Positions 1 to 28,240 are shown, counted from the stretch's first letter. The stretch is 42,878 bases of DNA from Tubiluchus corallicola (GCA_030141605.1 JAQGDQ010001392.1:1-42878), one strand, 5' to 3'. Numbers and translations are program-made. Notes: a model not told the origin generated them from the sequence alone.

Positions 1-1000
1 GCATTTAAAGTATTAGTGGAGTGCTGCTAAAGAAAGGTTTGCAGAGCTAGTTTAAGTCATATTATTGATAAACGACAATGATGTCGCCATAATGACATAA
101 TTAATCATCGTAACCCTTAGCCGACCAAAATGTTATAAAAAATTACCCCAGAGATGTTTACTCACACTTTTTTATATTGGTGCATATAACGAATAATTTT
201 CAAACTGGTAGTGATTAAATATCTTTCAGTTATTTGTTAGGCAAACACCCCTTGGTTTGTTGAAAAGTATTATTCGTGGTTTTTATAAAACACAAGTGCC
301 AGATACTACCTTATGTGGGATAATTTATTTCCCCACTTGGATTTTTATGTAGGCAAAATTTTGGATTTTACATGGAAGTATTTTTCTTTCTAGCAGTACC
401 ATATGCTTACCTTGACAACTGAGAAGTGTTCCAAACCAACCTCCAATTGCAGGCCACAGTTCTGTAAAGTGATTTTTCTTACAATCTGTTGAGGAAATTC
501 CACATTTGTGGACATTCTCCATTTAGTAATATGGTAGGAAATCTTGCTGTAAGAGGTGACTAAGCTTGAAGCTGATAGAAATTAAATTTTAGAAGATCCA
601 ACAAGTGAAGATGAAGTGGATGTATCAGAATTAAACAGTGAAAATCATTAGCCTATTAGAAGAATTGTCACAAGACTAGACAAACACACGAATAATATAG
701 TACAATGGTGCAATACCCCATTTATCCTTGGCGCCGAAATATATTGTTACCAATTTGTCGCAGAACTTGATTTTGTACTACCAGGAGCAACCAGTCATTC
801 TATCCAGCAAATAGCATGTTAAGAAAAACCTTCATGGGGTAATTTGTAACCCTACTTGGTCTTTATCATGATATAAAAGCTCCTTGGTCGACTAACGGGA
901 GAAAGTGTTTTGCAGGGAAAATCAAAAATGGAATGGACAGGGGACAGTGGGCAAAGTGTGATGCAGAAACGAGGAAAGTTATTGACAAACGTTTTATTTA

Positions 1001-1022
1001 CTTTTTTGTTTTTCTTATACAG
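1001..1022 (+). other. Probable splice acceptor just upstream of the MGAT3 coding exon
   Basis: Polypyrimidine tract ttttttgtttttcttatacAG ends at 1022, 17 nt before the ATG. This implies an upstream exon, probably 5'-UTR. Confidence 0.6.
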
Positions 1023-1039
1023 AACATTATTTGGGCCTT

Positions 1040-2344
1040 ATGGAATACAAACGGAAATGGCTATTTGTCATCGACTCTCTGGTCGCTGTCCAGTTCGGTT
1101 TAATATTAGTATATGTATGGATCAATGGCGATACTAACTCAGTGTCATGGCATAAAGGAAGACATTTAAAAACAAAAGTTAGCCAGAATCTCACCTTTGT
1201 GTCTCCGTATAAATTTAAGTTTTATAATCCGTTACGTCCAGAAGTGTTCACTCTGTCAGATTTGGATAGTATCGCTTCAGAAACGTGTTACAAAAAGGGC
1301 ACAGTAGAGATATTGCAGAATAATTCTTGTACTTGTAAAGCTGACTGGCATGGTCTTAGGTGTGATATCCCTGATATCGTCTACAAATCGAACATTAACA
1401 AGTTTCAACATGATCTCGTTAGGCGCAATACGCCCAGACGAATACTAAATGGGATGAATGTGAATCACGAAGTTGACCATTTAGAAATTCGTATTCACGA
1501 ACTGTGGAATGTGGTGGATGTCTTTATTGTGTGTGAATCGAACTATACTGCTTTTGGTACTCCTAAAAATCTTACAATATTTTCGCTGCTGAGACAGGGC
1601 TTCCTTCGGGAATTTCAAAGCAAGATTTTATACGTATTTCTGGACCATTTTCCAGCAGGAGGCAGAGAAGATGGCTGGATTGCAGATGATTACTTGAGAA
1701 CTTTTTTGGGAAGACAGACTCTAAAGCAAATCAGAGGCATCAAGCTTGATGATATTTTTATTTTAAATGATGCTGATGAAATACCCCAAGAAAAAGCGGT
1801 GTGGTTTCTCAAAAATTATGACGGCTATCCAGAGCCGATCGGGTTTTGGTTTCAGTGGTCATACTATGGTTTCTTCTGGACTGGACCAGAAAAAAATGGA
1901 ATTTCTCGCCACTTGAAGAAGGTTGGCGCAGCTAGTATTGGTTTTTTACAGGATGCTTATGAAAACAATTTTATTCTCCTGAGACGTAAATCCCTGGAAA
2001 ACATCAAAAGGAATGCGTACAAAATTCACAAGGTGCAATTGTGGTCTATGGGTTTACCTTATGGACCATTTGCAGGCTGGCATTGTTCTTGGTGCTTTAC
2101 ACCTGATGGTATTAGGACTAAGCTCATATCTGCTCAAAATGGCGATTTTCCTCGCTGGGGGAACTACCCGACTAAAACGAATGTGTCTTATATCAGAACC
2201 CTAATTCGGGATGGACGGTACTTTGATGATGCTAAGAAATTTTCGTTTTTGACATCCACGGCGTCTGAAAACTTCTTTGCGCCAGAATATGCGGTGAGAA
2301 ATAGCGAAAAGTTTGCGTATTTGTTGAAAAATCCTTATCTGTAA
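1040..2344 (+). CDS. MGAT3: Beta-1,4-mannosyl-glycoprotein 4-beta-N-acetylglucosaminyltransferase (GnT-III, glycosyltransferase family 17), 434 aa, single coding exon
   Basis: Uninterrupted ORF with first ATG at 1040 and TAA at 2342-2344. It has a type II membrane anchor (KRKWLFVIDSLVAVQFGLILVYVWI), a Cys-rich stem (CTCKADWHGLRC) and GT17 motifs RRILNGMNVNHE, VDVFIVCESNYTAFG, GWIADDYLR, the DxD motif in NDADEIP, and GWHCSWCF...KLISAQNGDFPRWG. Confidence 0.93.
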   Translation: MEYKRKWLFVIDSLVAVQFGLILVYVWINGDTNSVSWHKGRHLKTKVSQNLTFVSPYKFKFYNPLRPEVFTLSDLDSIASETCYKKGTVEILQNNSCTCKADWHGLRCDIPDIVYKSNINKFQHDLVRRNTPRRILNGMNVNHEVDHLEIRIHELWNVVDVFIVCESNYTAFGTPKNLTIFSLLRQGFLREFQSKILYVFLDHFPAGGREDGWIADDYLRTFLGRQTLKQIRGIKLDDIFILNDADEIPQEKAVWFLKNYDGYPEPIGFWFQWSYYGFFWTGPEKNGISRHLKKVGAASIGFLQDAYENNFILLRRKSLENIKRNAYKIHKVQLWSMGLPYGPFAGWHCSWCFTPDGIRTKLISAQNGDFPRWGNYPTKTNVSYIRTLIRDGRYFDDAKKFSFLTSTASENFFAPEYAVRNSEKFAYLLKNPYL

Positions 2345-2764
2345 AGCAAGGTGTGCGATAAAAACTGCACTGCAAAAATTGCACAGGAAAAAAAGCACAA
2401 TTGGAAAAGTAGGGAGAAAAAGTAGTTGTAACTAGGTTACAATTTTCACTTTTGTACTCATCCGTTTGGAGTTCTCATCAAAACTATACTGACATACCCA
2501 AACTAGAAGGATTAATTGACAATTTTTTTATTTTTATGTATACCTCTGGAATCTGTGGTGGATATGTTCCTATTTTTATTATTTTTCCTAGTTTAGTGTT
2601 TACGACTACTGCACAGAATTTCAGGACTAAAATGCTATTTTAACCTTGTTAAAAAGAGGCTACTGCTTAGAAGGAGTTGACAGGAGTTGATATACACCAG
2701 TTGGCGCCAATACATATTCCATATTGAAAATTGTCACAATGTACTTCACAATAGTAAATGTTAA

Positions 2765-3543
2765 TGTAAATCTGTGAACATACATCAGTGAATGTAAGTC
2801 TGTGAACATACATCAGTGAATGTAAGTCTGTGAACATACACTAGCGAATGTAAATGTAAGTCTGTGAACATACAGCAGTGAATGGAAATGTAAATCTGTG
2901 AACATACATTAGTGAATGTAAGTTTGTGAACATACATCAGTGAATGTAAGTCTGTGAACATACATCAGTGAATGTAAGTCTGTGAACATGCATCAGCGAA
3001 TGTAAATGTAAGTCTGTGAACATACATCAGTGAATGTAAATGTAAGTCTGTGAACATACATCAGTGAATGTAAATGTAAGTCTGTGAACATACATCAGTG
3101 AATGTAAGTCTGTGAACATGCATCAGTGAATGTAAATGTAAGTCTGTGAACATACATCAGTGAATGTAAGTCTGTGAACATGCATCAGTGAATGTAAATC
3201 AGTGAATGTAAGTCTGTGAACATACATCAGTGAATGTAAATCTGTGAACATACATCAGGGAATGTAAATGTAAGTCTGTAAACATACATCAGTGAATGTA
3301 AATCAGTCAATGTAAATCAGTGAGCATACATCAGGGAATGTAAATGTAAGTCTGTGAACATACATCAGCGAATGTAAATGTAAGTCTGTAAACATACATC
3401 AGTGAATGTAAATCAGTGAGTATACATCAGGGAATGTAAATGTAAGTCTGTGAACATACATCAGCGAATGTAAATTAAATCAGTGAACATGCATCAGTGA
3501 ATGTAAGTCTGTGAACATGCATCAGTAAATGTAAATCAGTGAA
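2765..3543. repeat. Tandem minisatellite, 28-bp unit TGTAAGTCTGTGAACATACATCAGTGAA with optional TGTAAA (34-bp variant)
   Basis: Head-to-tail copies are directly visible, with no unique spacers. Confidence 0.95.
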
Positions 3544-3749
3544 CTTTTTTGACTGAGGGTGAAATATAGACAAATGAAATGGGCGAAAAAATACTAGCCA
3601 ATCCAGAAAATCATCAGCTGCTACTTCAAGCATACAAGATAGCAAGACTCTGGGGAGTATCCATTATGGGGAGTAGAAACAGTTTTTCGTAAACCCATGC
3701 AAAATGCACCAAACGTTTACAGTCCTGAAGGAGTTTTAATAATACTAAA

Positions 3750-4090
3750 GTGTTTCTTTTAATTAAATAACAGGTTAAAAATTTAATTAATGGCCGGTGA
3801 ACGCAATTAGTGATGACATCATAATTGAACATAATTTTCAACAGCACAAACATCCATGAGCGTGTTGCACATGTTTGCCAAAGCAAAAATTGAAGTGCTG
3901 TGCGTGCTCCATGTACTGTGGCATACAAGAACGCTACAAATTTTAAGTTTGAAATTCAAATCTCAAATTTTCTCACTATGTTAACGCATGAGTTCTCTAA
4001 CGTCTCACAACTGAACTGAAAGGTACATTACCTGTTTTTTGGGGTGTGTAACGCATGCATGTTTTTTTGAGAAGCATCCAAGCAGCGAAT
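3750..4090 (+). mobile_element. Degenerate internal fragment of MITE family A
   Basis: Matches 17800-18150 (aattaa-ggc-gg-ga...gtgatgacatca...aacataattttcaacagca...gagcgtgttgcac). Confidence 0.75.
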
Positions 4091-5112
4091 GGGGAAAGTT
4101 TACATAGATAAACCCACAATCAGCTCTCGGATTTTGCATCATTTTATTCTTAAATTTACAAATTTTGCTAGCTTATACACTAAACTAGGCATTAAAACAT
4201 TACTTAGCTAAACATTGAAGTTGTAAAAAAATCTTACTTTTAAAAATGCGACTACCGACACATTGTCAAATAGTTGCAGCAGTCTCAGTTTGTTACTTAT
4301 CTTCATCAATACACAATATCTAATATATATCCCGAGCTTCACGATTGAGATGCATATTGTAACATTCACCTGCTGGATTTATAAGCCGGAAATATTAAAA
4401 TTCTTGTATTAAATAATTAAAAAGTTATTTTATTGCAAAAATGTTCTCAGCCAGATATTTGAACTACAAAAGGCTTAGTTTGTTTGTCATAACGTACCAG
4501 ATTTATCTGGGGGGCAGCACCAACACGATTTTCTTCCTGGTGCTGTCCATGAGGCATACCAGTAGCCTCGATAAAAATTATATATTAATCTTTTCTTGTC
4601 AAAATTTGTTATTTTAATGCTTTATGAGTAAATTAGCATTGTAAAACTTGTATACTCATGGTAAATCTAGCAATAAATTCTAAATTCTAAAATAACGTCA
4701 CATTTTTTGGTAAAAATTCATTCTTTATCGCAAAACTTTTAGCGTCTTACTTTTTTAGTTTCTAAAATCAAGATCGGACACTTTGATTAGGTAAACTTGC
4801 TCACTATTTATTGTGAATTTCTCTAATCCCAATATGGCATAAAATGTTATTAGCCCCAAATCATTTGTAGACACATTAGCAATCTCGTCGTAACACGTCT
4901 TGATTTAATAAAATTAGGTAGATAGCTGGCCTAAATTAAATTGATCAAATGATTAGGCCTGAAATCGCCACTGGGTGGCCAAAGCAAACAAAAGGAGGCC
5001 AACATGCCAAACTTTCAGCACAGTATGTAATATCGTAGTATTCTTGTAATACAAAACAGATGTTGTTAACACGCTACAAACAGTTGCTTATAATCTTGCA
5101 GTAGAAAATTGT

Positions 5113-20456
<15,344 letters not shown>

Positions 20457-20625
20457 CTAAAAACGACAAAAACGTTAAATTTCCAGATAAAATTTTTGGA
20501 CTACATCATTAAAATAAGTGATCAGAACTAAAGGCCGTTGGCTTCACGTGTTTTTCTTTAATTTCATTTGCGTCTGATTCCATTTAATCCCTACTAGTAC
20601 TGTAGATGCTTTAGTACATTGACAC

Positions 20626-21070
20626 TTAAACGCAAACAGCATGATTTTTCATATCTGATCCCATTTTGAAACACAGTAAACAATATACATTTTAACACCT
20701 ACAAAACTCCAAAGCTCTGATTATTTCTGATAATTAATTAATAAACTTAATTAACGGCAGGCGAGCCAAAATAGTGATGACATCACAAATGAAAATAATT
20801 CACGCAATCCACGAATATTTACCACTGACTCGAACGTGTGCACTACGTCACAACTGAACGCCTTTGAACTGAGATGTACAGCACCTGTTTTTGTGTAACG
20901 CGTTTCCGGCGTGTGCACATGCTGATGACCATCTAACTAACGAAGGACAAAATGCATGTAACAGCGAAGAACTAGTCACGCGAACGAGAAATCACGTTTC
21001 TGTGATAATAATTCCGTCACCTAGATTCTTTCACAAAGTAAATGGTTTTGAGCTGTAGTTTAAGATTTGG
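20626..21070 (+). mobile_element. MITE family A copy, internally deleted
   Basis: Contains atgatttttcatat...aattaacggcaggcgagcc...gcatgtaacagcgaagaactagt...tttaagatt. Confidence 0.75.
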
Positions 21071-21423
21071 TAAGCGCAGCTGCTGTAGGTCAAAAGTTAA
21101 GTGTACAACAGCAACGCCCCTTAATCACAACCGTCACGTGACATGTGTGTAAAGCAAAGCCGTCTGCCGTAACTTTAGTTGTTTTACGTGGCCTTAACTT
21201 AATTATGCATTAGTCTGTGCATAGAGTGCTTTACTAGCAGGATCTTGCTTGCGAACAAGAAAAAATGAACTAGGCAAGGTTCTAGCTAGCTGTTAAAACT
21301 GTTACTATCACAATAGCTTGGGCTGCGAGGCGTTGTCAAGTGTGCACAAATGTGTTGTCTGACACACTTAACCTTTGACCTTTTCACGATCATCATCAAT
21401 CACTGGAACTCTGAAAAGGCTTA
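21071..21423 (+). mobile_element. MITE family B copy (left end missing)
   Basis: Homologous to 22736-23045. Ends ctgaaaaggctta. Confidence 0.8.
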
Positions 21424-22092
21424 CTTATAGAATCCCACATTTTAAACTTAAACAACTCATACTTAATCTATGATAATGATCATTTTTAACTAAATTTTCA
21501 TCTACAAATCTCTTACATTACCTTAACCTGTATTTACATTATTGGATAGCTCAAAAACGGAAGTTTATCGAAAATTTGTGTAAAAATTGTATCTTAATTA
21601 CTAGTAATCGATGTTGTGCTAATCGTTGAAGAAGATCCAATCAACTTTTCACTAATCTCGTTTTTAATCTGCGTTCTAATCGTCCTAAAGCACTTTAATT
21701 CACTTTGAGACAAAATTCATTAAATGGGATTGTGCTAATCAGTTTTTGCTCTGTCACTGTTAACAGAGGCGTTCAATAGCCGTTTAAAGAAGCTAAACAA
21801 GGGCATTAGTTGTTTTAAAAGACACAAATAGATTAATAAATTCTAGGTGCATAGGGACAGTGATAACATTGGGAGCATTTTTTAGAACCCAGTGGCTATA
21901 TTTTCTTTCATTGAACAGAATAATTTCTTTTAAAACTTTTTATGGGTTGTAAATTCCAAAAGTAAAGTGGAAAAACCGATTAAGCAATTGAATGGACGAG
22001 CGAGCGAAAATATAAACGAACCAGCGAACGAGTGAAAAAAGTTTCTGCAAGGAAAACAAAAAACAAATGAACGAATGAACGAGTGAGTGAGT

Positions 22093-22220
22093 GAATGAAT
22101 GAATGAATGAATGAATGAATGAATGAATGAATGAATGAATGAATGAATGAATGAATGAATGAATGAATGAATGAATGAATGAATGAATGAATGAATGAAT
22201 GAATGAATGAATGAATGAAT
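22093..22220. repeat. (GAAT)n microsatellite followed by GA-rich and CA/CGCA tracts
   Basis: Directly visible. Confidence 0.95.
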
Positions 22221-22735
22221 GAACGAATGAAAGAATGAAAAATGAACGACCGAACGAACGAATGACTGGAACAACGAAAACCGATTAGGGGAAAAGCAGC
22301 TGAAAAGAAAAAAGGAAGGAGAAAGAAAAAGGAAAATAAATAAAATGAAAAACAGAAAAGCAGAAAAGCAGAAACGGGAGGTGAAAGAAAGAAAAATGGA
22401 ACAAAGATAGAAGAAATAAAAAAGAGAAAGATAGTTGGGGAAAAAGTAGCAGGAAAGGCAAAAAGCACACATACGAACAAATAAAGAGTCAAATGAACAA
22501 ATGATAAAGTCACTCATTGTAAACAAACACTCACATACGCACACACGCACGCACGCACGCACACGCACGCACGCACACACACACACGTACGCGCGCACAC
22601 ACACAGACATATAACTGGAAATTTAATTTTGTTTTGTTCTTTTCTCTGAAAAAGTGGGTAAAAGTAGACGTGTAAATAGGTTCAGGGTTCGATCAACTAG
22701 CAAAGATTTATAAACACAGGAGTCTTTTGCGTGAA

Positions 22736-23045
22736 TAAGTCTTCTCACAGTTTCGCTAAGCGCACGCGCTGTTGCCGTACATCAAATGTTAAGTGTACTA
22801 CTACAAGGCGTCTTAACTACAACCGTCACGTGCACGTGTGTAAAGCAAACCGCCTGCCGCATCAGTTCAGTAGCTTCATTGCTTTACGTGAACTAGGTAA
22901 GGTTCTATCTAGCTATTAGAACTGTTACTATTACAACAGTTTGGGCTGTGAGGCATTGTCAAGCGTACAAAATGCGTTATCTGGCACACTTAACCTTTGA
23001 CGTTTTAACGATCATCATCAATCACTGGAACTGTGAAAAGGCTTA
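22736..23045 (+). mobile_element. MITE family B, full-length 310 bp with ~18-bp TIRs
   Basis: Runs TAAGTCTTCTCACAGTTTC...GAACTGTGAAAAGGCTTA. Three copies in the window; superfamily uncertain. Confidence 0.8.
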
Positions 23046-23555
23046 TTACATCAAGACAATGCGTTCAACAACGTTTGTCAAAGAAACATAATCTATAATC
23101 CCTCTACACTAACCCTCCTCATCTTTCGTCTAAAGCGCCCACATTTTTCACATTTTTTCACTGGTATACAAGCTATACAGATGTGGTATAGCTTGTAGTG
23201 GACAATCTTTAAATCTAAAAGAAACAAATCGCGACTGCAGGCGAGCAAATGTTGTGTCCTCGAGCCCAGCTTTAGACGATAATCAATAGCGCGTTTCGGT
23301 TTCTCTTCGATATTTTACCAATCATTTGCGCTACGCCAGGCAGCCGAAATGTTGTTGTTTCCGGGGACGGTAAGCGGAAATGTAAACCACTTGGTGAAGC
23401 CAAACAACAAATATTTTATCGCGGGATGAAAGTAATAACTTCATGGCTCTGACACTGAGGTGAGAAAGCATAAATTTTGCTTAATGATTAATGCAACTGT
23501 GTTCACATTAACCCACAAAAAGGTTTTTATCAGAAACAGAAAAGAACCGTTCCGG

Positions 23556-24106
23556 TAAAGGAAGATCCGGTATACTTTTTAACACAATTAATACTGCAGA
23601 AAGCGTTTCTGACATTTAAATAATAGATTAAAAACTTAATTAACGGCGGCGAGCCCAACTATTGATGACACCACAAACAACAAAAAATTCCACGAGCGTG
23701 TTGCAGCATCTTTGCGAAAGCGAAAATGAAGTGCAGTGTTACTGTAAGATATTCAGTGTGTTGTACTAAAAGTAGACAAGTTTTAGGATAAAAATTCAAA
23801 TTTCAAATTTACCGCTGTTCTCACGCATGAGCTGTCAAACGTGTGCAGTTCGTCCCAAACTAACACCTCTGAACTGAGACGTACACCACCTACTTTTTTG
23901 CAACACGTTTGTGAAATGCCGTCTAACTAGCGAATGTCGAAATGCATGTAACAACGAAGAACTAGTGGCGCGAATGCGAAATTGTGTTTGTGTGGTAATA
24001 ATTCTTTCACGTAAGTCATTCTTGAAAAAAATAGTATATTTCCTTTCAATATTTTAAAAAGTAAATTATGACCTACACTTTAAGATTACGTCCGGTTTTA
24101 CTTTAA
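23556..24106 (+). mobile_element. MITE family A copy
   Basis: Collinear with 17707-18324. Ends ccggttttact-TTAA. Confidence 0.82.
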
Positions 24107-26211
24107 AGAGGAAAGGGGAATTTTAAAGTACGGTCCAAAAAATGTTTCATGCTTACCTGCTTGAAAGACTTATGTAATTGGCAAAGAGAATTTTTAGTAC
24201 TGAAATGTTTGTGCTAATTAGCAAAATGCTACTAATTTGCCACCACTGGCTCACTACTGAAAGCACGTATCTTTAATCTTATTGACAATATAATGTAATT
24301 TATACTTTTTGTCGAGAACAAGAATAAAATCTGGCATCAGGCAGGAACGGAGAATTTATTTTGGTTCCTAGATCTCCTTATTTCGTGTTTAGCTCAGAAA
24401 TGGTGGGAGAGTCGATGTATCAAACTAAATGTTTTATCTAAAATTTGTTCTCGAAAGGTATTTAATTAGTGTTTTATGTCCATTGCCGTGTCACCTGTAT
24501 ATATTTGTAAATGAAGGCAATAAACGTATGAGTTAAAATATCATTACGTACTTATTTAGATTATCACTTTATATATAACGACATAACATAACAACATAAT
24601 AACTTCACAACATGACCTGTAAACAAAACAAAATAGTGTTAGTCAAAGTTACGAAATTAACAATTTAATATGTCATCCTGGGATACTTTACTCCCGACAC
24701 ACTTAGTGTCTTTATTACGTGAAGAAAAGCCGGTTCCTATACGTGGAGAAAACTTCCCTTTAACTACAGTTAGTACATATTAAGTTAAGAGATAACTTTG
24801 CCTCTTAACGTGGTGAAAAACCTACTCGGTCAACTTATCACGACCGTCAGGTTTTTCCCAACGAGTTATTTCCTGCCTTGGACTTTATGCAAGGCCTATT
24901 CATTAAACAATTACACGGTTAGTGATGCAACAAGATAGGTTTCCTATATACATACTTGCACAAAAGAACTACAGAAGTAATGTACTCTACTTATGTACTT
25001 TTTCTTTAAGTACTTCATACAGTTATTTATACAGAGCAAAATAATAATTTTCTTACATCCGAAATGAGTTTCCGACACTTTTTTAGTTAGCGAAGAGTGT
25101 ACGACGAATGCTCTGATTATTTTTTTTCAATTTTTGCGCAATCATGGAAAGAAGTTCAACCTGGATACATTATGCACATTCAATAAAATTCGCTAACCTT
25201 AGATATTTACCAAATCATGAATTGGCTGAAATTTGCGTCAGGTCACTAAAATGGGAATCCCTGCTATCGCAAAACTTCTTTTACGCACTCTCATCACATT
25301 TCTCAATATTACGTGCTGATCATAACATGTCCCAATTGCCAGACACGCACACGCACGCACGTGCACACACACACGCGCGCGCGCGCGCATCACCAAACAT
25401 GAAGGCAAAACACAGGTTTGAAATATTAGTGTCTCGTCAAGCGTTTATCATTAATGAACTTATCCTTTCATCACAATAAATTTGACGCATTTGTGGACAA
25501 TCATATTTATGTGTTTTTATTCCCAGAAGTGTACGCGCGTGCAAGTACTAGTTGACGTGCAGCTGAATAAAATATGATATAGTTAGTAACGTGCTGCATT
25601 TGAAATTGCTGCATGGATTGCACGCGGTCTGCTGTTATAAAAGTTAAAAGCCTGCGTACGATCGTTTTTTAAGTTATGTACCGACTCGTGTATTCCTGAA
25701 TACAGACTTTAACATTTAAAATTATTATCTTATTTACGAGAAACGAAACCGGCTTGTATTTACGAAAAGAAATGAATAAATAAGCAAAAGTGAAGAAAAG
25801 ATTAATAAGTAAATAAATAGTACCTTAGCTAGGTACCTTAGTTACTGCTAGTGTACCTTGGTTAGCTACACTGAATGATTTAACGCATTGTATCATGCTT
25901 ACAATCATTATTTTTATGGCAAATAAAGATATTTATACATAAATAAATAAACAGGTAAGCAAGGAAGGAAGCAAACATGGAAACAAATGGGAAGATGGAC
26001 GGACAGACAGACAAACAGACTTACTATTGCTACTAACGTGCACTACTACAGATGTTACTTTAGCAATTAAGAAAACATAAACAAAAGTAACAAGCATTAC
26101 AGCGCCACTGTATGGTAACTCATAAGCACACAATGAAAAAATGAATTTATAATAAACGGAACTGATTAAATGTGGCGATTATCTAGTTCAATGCTAAAAT
26201 CTCCTCTATAA

Positions 26212-27289
26212 TTAAAGCAAAACCGGACCCAATCTTAAACTGTATGTCAAAACAACCTACTCTTTAAAATATCGAAAGGAAACATACTATTTTTTCAACA
26301 ATGACTTACGTGAAAGTATAATTACCACACAAACGCAATTTCACGTTCGCGCTACTAGTTCTTCGCTGTTACGTGAATTTCGCCATTCGCTAGTTAGATG
26401 GGGACTTCGGAAAGGCACTGCACAAAAAACAGGTGCTGAACCTCTCATTTTTGAAGTGTTTGTTTGTGACGTATTGCGCACGTTTGACATCTCATACGTG
26501 AGCACAGCGGTAAATTTTAAATTTGAGTTTTTATTCAAGTACTTAAACAGTTACAGAAACGATTTGTTTAATTTTACCACAGTTGCTTATATTTCTAAAA
26601 TTACACATTCTTTATACTCCATTCAATGCAGATAATTCTCGATTTCATGCATCTTCTATAATGGGTTATAATTTGCTATCTATTTGTAACGAGTACAAAA
26701 CTTTCTACGCAATAAAAAATGTTCTTTCTAAAGTTTTTTCTGTACTTAGATGTAAGTGGTAATATTAGCAAAGAACAAGTACGGATTGTAAATTTCATTA
26801 AAGAAGTTATGTGGGCGCTAGAACGTAATTGTTTTGATTTTTTGACATTAATGAGTTATACGCCATACTAACATATCTTACTCTCACTTAATTGTATATA
26901 TTCACCTTGCTTACTAATCTTGTTAATTAATGTTATTTTACTTGTTGATCTGTTTGTATAATGTGAGGAATTACGAGTATGGCGTACCACGAGTTCGAAA
27001 AAATGATACATATATTATCTTAAGACTTGCCGAGTTCACACTGAATATCTTACAGTAGCACTGTGCTTCAACACGTGCAACACGCTCGCGTAATATTTTG
27101 CTGTTGAAAATTATGTTCATTTATGATGGCATTACTAGTTAGGCTTGGTTGCCGTTAATTAAGATTTTAATCTAGTATTTAATTATTAGAAATTAAAGCT
27201 TTTGTCAGTATTAAATGTGTTAAAATGTATGCTTTTTATCGGACTTGAAAATGGGGTAATATATGAAAAATCATCCTGTCTTCCTTTAA
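26212..27289 (-). mobile_element. MITE family A, both ends intact, split by a ~480-bp insertion (~26536-27016)
   Basis: Left end TTAA-AGCAAAACCGG and right end CCTGTCTTCCT-TTAA. Homology stops near 26535 and resumes near 27017. Confidence 0.8.
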
Positions 27290-27857
27290 TAAATTGCTCC
27301 GAATATTTTTTGCAGAACTGAAACATCTCTTGATTTCGAATCGAAGCAGTCCCTACTTTTGAAATTCCGAACTAATGCACCTCCGTAAGCTCAGCCATCA
27401 CTTGCATTAATGCACCTTCCCATAAGCCCAGGCATCAATCGGGCACCAACATCGCTTACCAACGAAAATAAACTCTCCACTGTGTGGCATCATTAAGCAG
27501 CGAATTACTTGCATATATAAACAGAGAAATTTATCCCACTTCGAGAACGCTTGAAGTGCGGCATTCTCAACTGAAGTTGTTTGGATGCCGCGGCGGTGCG
27601 TTTGATTTGGTAGGAAATCCAAGCGATACAGTTTCCAAACAAGATTTGACACAAAAATGTAGGATAAACGCATTTTCATTGCTTTAATTCCTACTACTGC
27701 ATGGCCACCGATCTATGTTTTGATGCTTTCTTCATCAAAACTGAAACGTCCCAAAACGGAAGCGGTGCTGACATGCCAATAACATAGCGGTGTCTAGTTT
27801 TTCGTTAGATTAGGGCTGTGTTTAGCTGTCTTGAGGGCAGATTTTTTTATTTTGGAA

Positions 27858-28240
27858 AAAGCCTTTTCACAGTTTCAGTGATTGATGATGATCATAAAAA
27901 GGTCAACGGTTATGTGTACCAGACAACGTATTTGTGTACACTTGACAACGCCTCGCAGTCCATTCTTTTGTAAGAGCAGCAGTTTTAACAGGTATCTAGA
28001 ACCTTCTAGTTCATTTTTTTTATCCCAAGCAAGATCCTGCTAATAAATCATTCCATGCACAGACTAATGCATAACTAAGTAAAGTCCACGTAAAACATCT
28101 GACGTTACTGAACTGACGTGGCAGACGGCTTTGCTTTACCCACACGTCAGTGACGGTTTCAGTTAAGACTGTTGCTGTGGTACTTAACCTATGACCTATA
28201 ACAGCTGCTCGTGGACACAACGAATTTGTGAAAAGACTTA
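27858..28240 (-). mobile_element. MITE family B copy
   Basis: Runs aagccttttcacagtttc...tgtgaaaagactta. Inverted homolog of 21071-21423 and 22736-23045. Confidence 0.8.

Noticed and set aside
1-660. Possible transposase relic or exon (acidic EDPTSEDEVDVSE stretch)
   Set aside because: Interrupted by stops with no recognisable motif, so it cannot be supported.
1031-1039. TTG start given in the ORF track for the GT17 gene
   Set aside because: This is a eukaryotic gene, and the ATG at 1040 precedes the type II anchor.
2765-3543. CRISPR-like array of 28-34-bp repeats
   Set aside because: Units are directly head-to-tail with no unique spacers, there are no cas genes, and the context is eukaryotic.
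4538-4558. REST/RE1-like half site GGTGCTGTCC
   Set aside because: Only half of the RE1 consensus is present in the correct arrangement.
25933-26133. Hydrophobic MLVTFVYVFLIAK as the receptor signal-peptide exon
   Set aside because: Its weak donor (AAA|gtaaca) is phase 0, but the exon at 20456 needs phase 2.
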